Below, piece by piece: positions 1 through 13,125 of a stretch of 64,000 bases of DNA. The DNA is from Trichosphaerium sp. ATCC 40318 (Eukaryota; Protista; Tubulinea): NCBI GenBank assembly GCA_038496445.1, contig JALMLS010000514.1, forward strand, positions 62,001 through 126,000, in the 5' to 3' direction. A program made the translations under genes and the position numbers. How positions within the stretch are numbered: the first letter of the stretch is position 1; each line of letters starts with the position of its first letter. The notes under the pieces were generated by a model. It did no database searches. It had not been told where the DNA came from and was given only the letters and a program-made list of their open reading frames with translations.

Positions 1-2558
1 AATCAAAAAGTACAAATTTTAGTAATTTGTCTTGGTGCAGTTCTTGGATGCCTTGTAAGTCATAGAGTATCTTCAAATCGTTTTTCTAATTCAGGTCAAG
101 GCTAAACTATGTGAATCAGGATTTAGACTTTGGGGAAACACTGTGGAAGGCGCAACTTTTGTTGGGTCTTGGGTCTTATATTTTTCACTGAACACTTCAC
201 CTGCGTTATTAGCTATCGGTTACATTGTTGGCGTATGGGCGAGCTCTTTGCTTATTATCGGTGGTAAGATTTGTATCTTTTTTCAACCTACAGTTTTTGT
301 CGCACACGTGTGGTGCTTGCAGATTTGTTTTGCTCTGAATCTCTACTCGTTTTTGAAGGTGAATTCACTTGTATCCACATTACTATATTAAGTGTTATTG
401 TACTGATGTATTGGTAGCTTTCATCCAGTTTTATGTTGCTATTCCTGTTGGTTTAATAATGTATGGCAAGGATAACAAGTTGAGTGCCATAGAAAATATA
501 AATTCTTTATGGAATAGTAAATTAAGATACCTTGGAGTTGGTGCAATGTTCTTAGGTATGTAACACAACCTTTGCTATGAAAAGAAACGTTGCATCAAAC
601 TCATCATTCGTATAGGCGGCATTGGTACTATTTTGGAGATAGCTACAAGTATTTACAAAGGTATCAAATCAGCAGTTATATCATTTTTGCTCGTCTTCAG
701 AAAGAAGATAAATGTCATTAGAAGAAAAGACAGGTACACCTTAATATGACATTGTAAAAATCTTTATTTAAAATGCAGCCAACATCGTGATGAAGACAAT
801 TTTTTTTTGTTATTCGTTCTCATTCTTATGCTGTCTTAGGGATATACCAATACCTTTCGTTTTTGGTGGATTAGTGTTATGTTGGATACCATTGTTTGTA
901 TTGTACTTAGTGTTCTTACATAAGTGGTACATTGCAATAACTGTTTCAATCTTTCTACTTCTTGGCGGTTTCATCTTCGCTGCAAGTAAGAACTATAACC
1001 CTTGGTGTCGCTGAAATCAACTTACCTATTCCAATACTAGTTGGAGCATACATGGCGGGTATTGTTGGAAGTAGCAACAATCCAATGTCAGGAGTACGTC
1101 ATAAGGAAAAACACTTTGCAAAATCCTTACTTTTCCATTTTGGAACTGGAGTGCTTTTTGGTTTTTTTTTCTTGTGGTATTTTAACGTTGTTGTACAGAC
1201 AACTTTGATACGCTAACTCTAAATCAGGTCGCTTTAATAACAATACTCACTACTAGCCTAATACTACTGGCTTTTCTTGGTACTCAGAACGACCTTGGAC
1301 CACAAGCAGCAATACTTGTATTTCTCTTATTTTTTCTCTATGTATTCATTTCAAGACTGAGGCATTGTTTAGGCTGGTTCTGTTGCATGTGTCGCTGGCG
1401 CTCTAGCGGGTGATAATATGCAAGATTTGAAGACTGGGCATTGTATTGGAGCAACACCTTTAAAGCAACAAATAATGCAACTCATTGGGATTGTTGTACC
1501 TAGCTTTATAATAGCGCCTGTTCTTTCAGTATTGATTGAGGCATATGTAAGTATTCACGAATCAATTTATAAGAAATTTTATGATTTGGATCACGTGAAT
1601 CATTGGCGACCAAGGCTGGCAATGAATACAGAAGTGGTATTTTTTTCGACATTAATTGATGTTTGTAGGGTATTGGAGAGCCATCTCTGGATAAACCCAA
1701 CCCATTACCAGCGCCTCAAGCAGTTCTAATGGCAGCTGTTTCGAGAGCAATGTTCTTTGGCGGCATTCCCTATATGACGGTTGGTAAATTCCTTTGGTTT
1801 GGAAAAAACAGTTAACTTTTATTTCTCATGTCTACGCTATCTGATGCTGTTTGTCTCTAGGTATTGGCGCTTTGATTGCAGCTGAATTCATTGTAATTGA
1901 TATAATTTCAAGGAAAGTTTTTGGGTTTAAAAGCAAGATTTCAGTACTAGTAAGCTCTTTGAACGAAAAGCACTGCCATGTTTTTTATTCTTACATCTCT
2001 CCTACTTAGGCTATTGCTATTGGATTGTATCTTCCTATCAACGTTACAATGGGTGTATTTTTTGGTGGTTGTGTTGAGTTCTTGTGTAAGAAAGTTTTAA
2101 GAAAGTTTAAGCCAAAACAAGATGAGAAAGAGACTATGCAACAGTAAGTTCTTTGTTTATTTTGCTTTTGAAATCACACAAAAATGCGAATAGAGTGACA
2201 CCTTGTTGTCAACCAACATCTGGTTTACTGATGCCCGAAAACTTCAGTTTTTGCACTTCAAATGTTCTAATCTTTCTTTTCTGGTAGGGGTGTCCTCTTT
2301 TGTGCCGGTGTAATCACTGGAGAAGCAATAACTGGGATCGCATTAGCTATACCAATTGTTATATCAGGTGATATAAATGTACTTGCGTTTTTAGGTGTAC
2401 GTAACACGAATCGTTGAAATAAAAAACTACACGTGTATGCTAATATATCGTTTTAGAAAGTTGAAGCAACATGGCCTGGCTTGGTCGTATTACTTTTAAT
2501 AGCAGTGCTTTTAGTATCTATTGTGATGTACTTTAAACCTCAAAAAGCAGATGAATAA
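1..2558 (+). CDS. OPT-family oligopeptide/metal-chelate transporter (5' end outside window, many introns)
   Basis: Spliced hydrophobic exons with OPT motifs SPALLAIGYIVG, GAYMAGIVGSSNNPMSG, GDNMQDLKTGHCIGATPLKQQ, LPAPQAVLM, GLYLPI, GVITGEAITG; stop TAA 2556-2558. Confidence 0.9.
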
Positions 2559-3223
2559 AACCGTAATAAAATAAAATAATTATATTAAAAAACTACCTTA
2601 TTGTTGTACACACGGGTTACTACAACAGTATCCACGTGGATAACTTTTTAATAATTTTATCATAATATAAAGTGTTACCAGCCCGCTTTATTTTAGTACC
2701 TTTGGTGAGGATATTGAAGCGTGTCTTTATGAGAGTTGATTAATAAAATCCAAAAAGAACAAAGGTTATATCCAAAAAAGGTGACTCAGGAACAGTTTAC
2801 AGAGTTGGATACTTCACTACAGTTTCATAGTGCACTACTAGCGCATAGAACCTTTGTGATTCTTTTTAGGCATCTCAGAATAGTCTGCGGAAGAAACTAA
2901 ACGTAATGCTAATAAACCACTTTAAGAATAACTTAGAACGCGTTGACGTTCTTATTTATAACATCAAAGAACTATTGACAGTTGACGTTTAAAAAAAGGA
3001 CAACACCTAACTCCCATTAAGCTAAAAATGCAATGTGAGTCTGAAATACGCTCTTGCGTACGCTCAGGATGCATTTTCGGCAACATGGGAACGTGCAGGA
3101 ATGGAGTTAAGCAGAATTCTGTGGACTCCTTTCTGTGCCATTTTTTTCCTCAAAAGCGTTAGTATTTTTCGTTCCCTAACAATTGTTCCCAGTTGAAGAC
3201 ATCACCTAAAACAAACCGTAAAC

Positions 3224-5416
3224 AGTAAGTCACATTAAATATCACTCAACTCAGCTATATTCCGAGTCTAAAACGCTATTTTAAAAAGATTTTGGAAAAG
3301 GTTACCCTGTAACGTTTTTTTTTTGAAAGTATAACACATAAACGATCTTTTAACGGGAACAATAAAGTTTCTCCAAGTTTTTTTTCGCAACTCTTGTAAT
3401 TTCTCTGTTAGTGACCGAAACCAAATCAGACGCTATTGAATCCAAAATAAAGGTTAACCTCGCTGAAAGAGTGACCTTAAATGTTGGAGGCAGCAAGTAC
3501 GAACGAAAGAAACGCAAAATATCAAAAAACTACGTTTTTTTTGTTTTTTTTTTTGACGATTTTAATGCCAAATCTTGGTTATTTTTGTTGTTGTTATTTC
3601 TTAGTGGTACCACTAAAAATCTGCAGAAAATCGAAAACTTTTTTTTTGAAACTGAAAAAAAAAACGCTAACGGACAACGTTTAGGTTCCATACTACAGTA
3701 TATACGCTCACGAGACACCCAGAGAGTCTTTTATACGCAATGTTTAAAGGAACCTTTCCAGTTGAACCAAATGAAGACGGAGAGTACTTTGTGGATAGAG
3801 ACGGAACACATTTCGGTGCGTGAAGATACTTTAAGCGACAAAGAACGACACACAACGTCACAAAAGCAAAATCTCTAAAAAACTAATGTTTAGGGTACAT
3901 GCTCAATTACCTTCGTGATGGTGATCTAGACCTCCCTCATAACGAGTTTGAGCTACGACAGATTGAAAGGTAAGCGAAACTAACGTTTTAGCTTTGAGTT
4001 CCCATTTTTTCGGCCGGACCTCTTAAAGTCTTATAATCGAGTAGAGAAGCGCGTTATTATGGTCTACCTGAGCTACAAAACTCTGTACGTTAATATAAAA
4101 CAAAGTTCCACGTGCACTAACCGATTGAACTTGAAACCTAGTGTGCAGACTTTAGACGTACTCTACAAGCTACACAAATAGTCCAGCAACACATGTCTTA
4201 CGTTGGCGGTCCAGGTGGTACGTCTCGCTTTCCTTTTTTCTCGAAACAAAAAAAGTAAAAAAAAAATCGTTAAAAGCCTTCTCTTTCTGACCTTTTGCCT
4301 CTTTTTATGGTTTTTGAGGTTCAGCCTGAACCGTTTTTTTTTTTGAAATTGTGTGAAAAAATACATTGATATCTTTTGCTCAATGTGCGTCCGTTCTCGC
4401 TTTCTTACTGATTTCTTGTGTTAGGACAACAAAGTTACGGTGGTTCACAACAATCTCAAGGGAGTGATTCCTCAGGCTCTGTTGGTGGTAACGCACAAGG
4501 TGGTGCCGGTCAAGGTCTAGCCGAAAATTTTGGACAGATTAGTCTTGGTTCAGGATCAGGTGCGTTTATTACCTCCTATTAGTGCTTTGACGCTAAAAAT
4601 GGTTATTAGGTTTCAGTATGAGTGTTCCAGGACCTTCAGGATCAGGTACGACGCTAATTATTCCAAATATGCTGTCAGCGGCCTTTGATGTGTTGTATTG
4701 TTGATTGATCGCTTACATTATTACTAAGGCTTTGGTGTATACATTCCTGGACCTTCAGGATCAGGTATGAGGATTTTAGGTTCAAACAAACAACGTTTTT
4801 TGCTAAAAGTTCATTAGGCTTTGGCGCTTACGTTCCAGGACCTTCTGGATCTGGTTTTGGTTACGCTGGTTCTAGTTTTGGCTACTCTACATCTTCTGCA
4901 CATCAATCAAGTAACACGTAAGATATTAACGTCTTTGATGGCTTTTATTGTACCCACTCCCTTCTAATAACAATGTTGTAGTCCTGGTATTTTCGCTGGT
5001 TCAATGTCTACACAACAAGGCGGTAGCACTTGGTCTCCTCCACCTGGTTCAGCACCTGTTCAGCCTGCTCCTTACGTGTACACTGAAACACAACAGTCAC
5101 AAGGTGGTTACTCATCCGCAGACAGCGCATCATCAGGATCAACCCAGAGCTCTAGTACGTATTTAACACGTTGATGCTAAAACGTTCTTCAGACTAACAA
5201 CGAAATAAAAGGTGAATCTGGCGCTCACCCTGCTCAAGTACTGTTCAATCCTAAATTTGAAGGTAAGTAATGCTACTGCACCCTTTAACTACTTTGTTTG
5301 CTGCTTCTAAACCGTGTTTTCTAGGCGAAGGAATGGATCCTTTCTTGCCTATTGACCCTTATAATCAAAAGACAGATGAGAAGAAGAAGGAGGATATTGT
5401 AAAACCAAAAGCTTAA
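3224..5416 (+). CDS. KCTD-type BTB/POZ (T1) domain protein with Gly/Ser-rich tail
   Basis: Exons give VTLNVGG..FHTTVYTLTRHPESLLYAMF..EYFVDRDGTHF..LNYLRDG..EARYYGLPEL, then G/S/Q/Y low complexity; ends ..KEDIVKPKA* at 5414-5416. Start codon appears split by intron 3225-3411. Confidence 0.85.
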
Positions 5417-5716
5417 AAACGTTAAAATAGAACAAAAAAAAAAAAAGAAAGAAAAAATCCCATCCACAAAAACATTAAAAAACTCCCTCCCCTTTGTAAT
5501 ACCCGCGGAAAACATCATCATGATGCCTTGTAAAGCGGCTGTACGATAAAAACTTGTCATCAAAAAAAGATTTTGAGTTGATTGAAACAAAAGGTCGCTG
5601 GTAGAACATAGCTCGTACAAAACGAATGCAGAACAAATTCCGCTGTGAAAGAATTTTCCCTGAAACACAAATGAGCCGGTCAATGTTGGCCTCGCAGAAA
5701 CGTTCACAGTACTGCT

Positions 5717-8599
5717 ATGGCTTGGAGAGCGCGTCTAAAAGCTGAATCTAAGTTACAAACATCAAATCAATTTGAAGACGGCAACACAACCACAACGAAA
5801 CGTAAAACTTCATCACCAATAAAAAATGAACATGTAACGAAGAAACGAAAGAGTTTCGAGGGCGCTATTTTACGTGGCAAAATTCCACAAAAAAAAAAGT
5901 TAATCTCGTTTTGAAGCCTGACGAATCGTTAATGCCTGAATGGTGTAAGAGTACGTGAATTAGCATAAAAGAGAATTTGCTTTGACATTTGAACAGCAAC
6001 GCTCGGTATCGCCCGGTATCTTATTGAAAAGCCGATTTACGCATACTGGAACGCACGTCAAGACGATGAAGGATGGTTTCGTGCACGAGTAAGTCCATGA
6101 GCGATATTTCGTTTTAAACCCAGTAATAACGTCTTAAAAGGTTCATGGTGTCGAATACGATAACGTAGCAGTACGTACAAAGTGTTTTTAAGCCTCAGTT
6201 TACAAGGAATTCCATGCATAGAAACCGAAGCTGCAGCCGGTTTTTTTTTGTTTTTCTTCCTGAAAAGTCTAACTTTCTACAGAAAGATACTGTCATTCAA
6301 TTGAAGTTTGAAGATGGTCATCCTGCTCAATACACAATAGATAATACAATAGTCGGTATGAATGAAGAAACAGATAATCTCATAAGGGTACGTAGTTTAT
6401 ACTCGCGGTTTTGTGATTTTTTTTTTTTTTCCACCAATCGTGCATGACCTTCTTTTCTGCAAAAAACCGCCAAATCCTGAGCCACTATATCTTGCGGAGT
6501 TGTTCCAGTGGTGTTTATGATGGCTTCATCCGGTTTCTTAGTGGATGGTTTAATTTTTTATTGTGCATGGTATTCAAAAAGCAATGTGCATACTTCTGAA
6601 AAATATACACAAAAAGTGTGCAAATTTTTTTTGGTTTACATTATTCTCTTTAAACTCGCCGCCACCTATGGAACTTATATTGATACTCCGTCAACCCTTT
6701 GGTGTCTTTAATTTTATAAGGGCGTAAAAACTGTTGTTTCGAATCATCACATTTTCACGGCAGTAAAGCGCATCTCTTTGTGAAAAAAATCTTTTCATTT
6801 CCATCTTCCTTTTTTTTTTTTGCACTACATCAATCGTACTTTTTACTCTCAAGCGCCCAATCGTGTTCTATTGCTTGTAATTTACCTCACTTCATAGTTA
6901 TAAGTGGTTATTTTTTTGCAAAAAAGATCACACGCTCGTGCAATTTTTTCTTTGAACGATTTCTTAATACTAACACTTTTTTTTTGTTGTTAGGCTATTA
7001 TATCTATCAAGAAGATTGAAGGGCGATATATAGAGGAAAAAGTCCGTATTCCTCTTTTTGACCATGATAGAAAGAACTCTAAACATTATGTATCAAAAGA
7101 TGAAGTATGTGAACGTTATGGTACAGCAGAAGACTCTGATGAATCTGATGATGATTCTTCAATGAGTGAAGCTTCTTTTGACGAGGGTTTTGTTAACTTT
7201 TTGGACATGTCAAGCACTAAGACGAAAAAGACAAAAAAGAAGAAGAGTCCTTCTAAAAGTTCATCATCATCAAACTCTTATCATCATAGTAATGGAAAAC
7301 ACCCTAATCTATCAACTTCACAACGTGGTCAATACAGTAACAACACACAAACTTCAACAAACTTTAGTAATTGTTCAACAACAAAGATCAAGAAAGAGAA
7401 GCATCATATTTCGTCTTCTTCTCCTGAAGGGATTGGTAAGAAAGTTCTTACAGCAAAAAAACCTACATCACGTCGTGGTAAGAGACGTCTTATGTTCTTG
7501 GCAAAGACAGATCTTCCGTACTTTGAGAACTTTTTAAACAGAGAAAATACAACAACTGTTCAACAGACAGTCAGAAACACACCAAGGTTGGCTAATATGG
7601 CTGAAGGAGATATTGTTATTGTATTCATATCACAGTTTAATCCACGTCAAGGTGAAGCTACAGCAGAGCAGAAGAGAAGATGTAATGGTAAGGTTGTTGC
7701 TACATATGAAGTTAGTTATGTTCATCAACCTATTTTTCCTCATCAAGATTGGTTTACTTATCGTGACTCTAAATATAAAAAAAAAGCAATTGCAATTGTT
7801 AATGTGAGGTCACATAAGAACGGTGTATTTGAAGTCAAATTTTTATCACAGGCGGATAGCATGGAAGGAAGTAAACAAGTGCGTTTTTGTGGATTTTTTT
7901 TTGGATTTTTTTTTTTTTGGCGATGGTGTCTTCTTGCTTCTTTTGTTGATGGATTTTTGTGTGTAGTACTTCTGGAGACCTTTCAGAGATAACTTGGATA
8001 CTTTGTTTATAAAGAAAGGAGATAAACTAGATCAAATACAAATATCTAAACTTGCAGAACGTGTTGATTCAGAAGGACCTCAGCAAGTTTATTATCATTC
8101 GAAACACAGGGAAATGCAGATTGTTGGCACAAATTTTACAGTAGTTGAACCTTTTGCACTTCCTCCTGCTCATTCTCAAGTCAACGAACATGGAAAAGCG
8201 ATAAGTATTTGGGGAGAGCATAAATATCAGAGGTACGGTTTAGGAGTTACTCCGCGAAAAGAAGAAAAAAAAAACAAAAAAGATCAGAACCACCAAAAGC
8301 GTTCGTTTTTTACATGGTCAGAAAATAACTTTTTGGTAATTTCCAAAAACCTCCACGTTTTAGTACGTGGCAACACGTGTTGATACAGAATTTCACCAAA
8401 AAAAAATCCAAAAAAACGTCACCACGTTTTGTTCAACAAAGTGTTATTTTTCTGACTTTTTTTTTGTGTTTTTTTTTCAACGTTTTTGTTTTATCTTCGT
8501 AGTAATCTTCTTAATCAATTTAGACCGTGTGAGATACCAGATGACGTTGTACCAGAATTACAGGGTCTAATTAATAAAAAAGAAAACATTACACGCTGA
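5717..8599 (+). CDS. Putative nuclear protein with Tudor-like barrel and EVE/PUA-like domain
   Basis: Basic NLS-like stretches; spliced IYAYWNARQDDEGWFRARVHGV..IQLKFEDG (Tudor-like); FLAKTD..TVRN..ANMAEGDIVIVFIS..GKVVATYEV (EVE-like); ends PCEIPDDVVPELQGLINKKENITR* (TGA 8597-8599). Confidence 0.6.
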
Positions 8600-9461
8600 A
8601 AAAATCAACCAAAACTCAAAACCAAAATATTTCTAAAAATAACAAAAAGCACATACATGTACAACATCATGAATAAATAAAACAATCCAATTAGGCAGAA
8701 GCCAATTACAACAATTTTAGTATGTACCCTTATTCATAATTTCTGAAAACAATACTGTATGCAGTACACGCGTTCGGAAAGAAACAGCCAAATTACGCTG
8801 TAATTGCGAACGTGTGTTTTCCGAACACTTTTTTCAACAGCCCAAAATGAGTGATCAGAATTCACTCGCAAAAACCAAAAAATCCCGGGATTATTCTAAC
8901 CTCACGCTAATGTGGGTAGCTACCTAAAGTAGTAGACTTTTGAGTATGATACACTACTGACTTCTCAAGGGAAACTGAGTAGAGTGTAAATAGTATTACC
9001 AACAGGGACACAAAGTGTTTAAACTATTTTGAACAAAGTGCGTCTTGTTGGGGCACAGGTATTACACCTGAAGGATCTCAACAAGCTCCTGACAAGATGT
9101 ACGTTTTAAAACAATACTAATAACTACAGGAACAGGCGAATAATCACCTAGGTGAAAATGTGCATCAACTGTTTTCATTAAAGCTCTTGCTTCATACTTT
9201 TGTTTTTTTTGCTTAATATCGTATGCGCACGTGATATTTATTTAGAGCAAGGTAAGCTTACGTTGCCAGAAAATAACAAACTACAGTCTAGTTTGTGCAC
9301 ACCTTAATTATCTACAAAACCACCTACACGTCATTTAAACAGATGGTTTTTAGACTCAATTTCGGTAAATAGAAAATAAGCGTGGCAGTTTTGGGGATGA
9401 AAACATCGAAATTAGGTTAAATTTCAGCTTCAGATAGTTTTCATTTATATTAGTCCGCATA

Positions 9462-12400
9462 ATGCGTAACAACACGTCACCAAGTGTATTGGTATTAGTA
9501 ATCGTAGCACTATTCGCTTCATGCGTTTCATCTACGTGTACAGGAGCAGACCTAACAGTAAGATCGTTAGATGGCTTCTGTAATAGCCTCACGAACCCTG
9601 GAATTGGCCTTCCTGAAACTATATTCTATCGAACGCGTGAAGGAGCAGCTTACAACGATACATCACCTCCTTTCGAGACAGCGATACTTGAAGGACGTCC
9701 TAGAGTAAGAGATGTAACCCTAGCAATTCTAGGGAAGCCACAAAACCCAAGAGCGCAAACTACAATGAAAAGATTGTCCCTTTTTCACACGTTTATGGGG
9801 CAGTTCATTATGCATGATTTAACTCTCGTACGTTGCAATTCTGTTGAATTCAAATTGGGCTTTTTGATTCCGCTGGAGTTTTTTAATGGGGAAACACGTG
9901 ATCTTTTTTGGAGCTAATTATTGTTTTAGACGGGAGAACTCGATACGCCTAATGATCCTACTCGTAATGATACCATGGATACTTTGGTCCTACGCGATGA
10001 CGATCCTCTCCTTTTCCTTCGTACGTTTACCCTTTATATACACCTTCGGGAATACTTTCGCGGTTAAAGCAACACGTGTACCTCGCTTTCATTTGTTTTT
10101 TTTTCGGCAAAAAAGCACTTTTGTGTTTATCGTTTCTTTCTACTCCCTATTTACTTATAAATCTGTTTAGCTTTCCCTCCGTTCAGTAAAAAGACTAACA
10201 TAGTAAATAAAACACCTGTTGGTATTTCAAGATCAAGAGTGCAGTATGTTAATGACGTAAGAGAACCAATAAACCAACAGACGCATTTCCTTGACCTTTC
10301 GACTGTTTATTGGAACAATCAAACCTACATGGATGCCTTTAGAACAAGTGCGTACAAGGGAAAATTAATTAACCCTAATTAACCAAACGACCACGTGACA
10401 GCGAAACGTTTCGCGTTTTTTTCACATAATTTTAACCTTGAATTTTTTTGTACGTTATACTAACTTTTAGAACTTTCAGATAGTGGGGGAGAGTTGATTG
10501 TTGAAGATCACGAGTGGACATCTTCTTATAACCCTGATAATCCGAGAATTGGTACTGAAAATCCAGAGAGAAGAAAGATATTTGACACTCTTCCTAACAT
10601 TGAAACGACAAGTATGTCACGGCAAAATCAACCCTCATGCTTTTTGGTTTGATTAATTTATTCTTCAATAGTGACTCCCAATGAGGCGGGACAGCATGGA
10701 GACGACCCTCTAGAGACAATTTTTGCTAGTGGCGATGAAAGAAGTTCTTCAGTACAAGGTCTAAACGCTGTACATCATGTCATGTACCTTGAACACAACA
10801 GAATCGCAAAAGATCTGCAAGTGAAGGTCAGTTTCCTATTTTAAAAAACGCCTGTATTTATCTAACAATGTTTTACAGCATCCTTCTTGGACTGATGAAC
10901 AGTTGTTCCAAAAAGCAAGAGCAATAAACATTGCTCAGTATCAACATATTGTTTACAACGAGTGGTTGCCTAAACTTGTTGGAGACTATCAAATGGCAAG
11001 ATACCTTGGGTACGACATTACTGACATTTGAGCGCCGAAACTAACCTGTTTCAAAGAAAATGGAGTGGATACAAACCTTCTGTTGATCCACGCGTTTCAA
11101 CACTTGTGGGAGCTGTTTCCGGTCGTTATGGACATTCCACTGTCCTCGATATAACGCCAACTTACGACAAGTGCGGTAACCTCGACAGTACTCTCGGTTG
11201 GGGAGGTGTTCTGATCCAAGGAACAGGAAACGGAGGACCTGTTTTCCCGTTGAGAATGGTACTATTTTTCTTTTTATTTTCTCGTTTTACTCACTGTTGT
11301 TTTCAAAGGTTTGTGCAGCTGGAAGCTTTGACAATATTGTACGCGCGCTATTGTATACTCCAATAGAGCAAATAGATCACATGGTATCAGATATTTTGAG
11401 AAACTTTAATATTCCGTCAAACTTCGCTGTTGGTGTTGGTACAACTTTTTCTTTTTCTGCCTTTGTGAGTAACCATCCACTAAATTTTGCTATTTGTAGA
11501 TATTGTATCCTTGAATATGGCTCGTGCACGTGATAATGGTATACCTGACTTTGAGACAGTATACAAGAACTGGAATCCATTGGCACCTGGAACAAAGAGT
11601 TTGTATGACAACTGTAATTCAAATCCATTATCTACCGTTGATGATTTGGCTTGCTTTGAAGCATTTCTTCAACAATTTTCTGATGTTCCAAACTTAGCCG
11701 CTAATACCAGAGATGTACATGGTTATTAGTATCTATTAGCATACTAACTATTTTTGAAGGTATATAAGAAGCTAACAGCCTTGGATCCATGGTTTTCGTT
11801 TATGGCTGAAAAGAAAGAACTTGGATCAACAATGGGTCGTACAAATTCTCGTATAATCCTCGATCAATTCAGACGTCTCAGAGATGGTGATAGGTTCTGG
11901 TATGAGAACCAACCTTCTCTTGGTAATATGCCAGGTATCAATGAGCCTGGTCTTACACAACGTACGATAAACTCTTTTTTTTTGAAAATACTTTGACAGT
12001 TTTGGTTCTAATTTTGTTTTAGAGGAACTTGATGAAGTTCGTCAAGTCACTATGTCCAAAATTATCGGACGGGTTACTGATGGACCCGCAACAGAAGACG
12101 CTTTTGCAGCTCCACTTTCTGGAGACGCTTCATGCGCAACAGTACCAAGTATTCGAATATTGAATGGAACAAATGTGTTGAAAGAGGCTTTGTTCAGCGG
12201 AAACATTATCAATGTGACTGATGTACAATCAACAAGCCTGACCCTAGAAGCATCTGTAGTAGGTCCAGTTGGCTCAGTCACGTTTGATATAAGCGGTGTT
12301 GGATCACCACTGTCAGTGTACGCTTCACCTTTTGTTTTGTTTGTCTGTTTTCTTCCAACTCTGATGTTTTTCTTCTGATAGAAACGTGAATGTACCTGCA

Positions 12401-12562
12401 AGTGTATCATTGCCATTGAATGCGAATCCTATCTGCGACTCTCAAAATAATCAAGTTGAGTTGACTATTGTTTCAACACCTTTCAGTCAACCAAACGGAT
12501 TGGGTGATTCTGGTTTCCCTCTCAGAACTATCATAACAATCGTTGACAATCATCAATGCTAA
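9462..12562 (+). CDS. Secreted animal-type heme peroxidase (peroxidase-cyclooxygenase superfamily), copy 1, with C-terminal Ig-like domain
   Basis: Signal peptide; [15 protein letters not shown] (distal His), [18 protein letters not shown] (distal Arg), EHNRIA, RYGHS (proximal His), [34 protein letters not shown]; about 10 GT-AG introns; TAA 12560-12562. Confidence 0.93.
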
Positions 12563-13125
12563 TTACAAAAGAAATTAATGCACTTGTTAAAATGAAATGG
12601 CATAAGATTGCTAACTATAAATAAAATTGTACCAAATAAACTTAAACAAGTTACTTCTAATACAAACGTCACGCGCGTTACTTATTGTGGTGATACTTGA
12701 ATCCTAGTTAGCTATCAATCCACGTTATTTTTCCTAATCTAGCCACTTTACTCATGGAGATACAGTAATCGCCCACCAACGAACTTTCCTCTTTTTGTAT
12801 AAACTTGTGCCACAACCACTGCAAATTAAATTTTAACAAGGTATGTACAAACACTATGTAGTGAGATGTTAAAGCTGCTAAGAAATTAAACTTATCACTG
12901 ATAGCCTGAATGGTTTGCCCAGAAGCAGAATTATCAAGTACTCCATCCCAAGTGCTTTAATATCATGTTATGCATTTTCACAAGGGTAGTAATACAAGCA
13001 CCCATTAAAGCACCCATTCCACATGCGCACATTAAGCGGCGTCAACGATAAGTGGGTTTCGGGTCTCAAGATCCACTTTACTTCAATATCAACTGTGGAG
13101 CAACTGCGAGATACACCAGCCAGAA

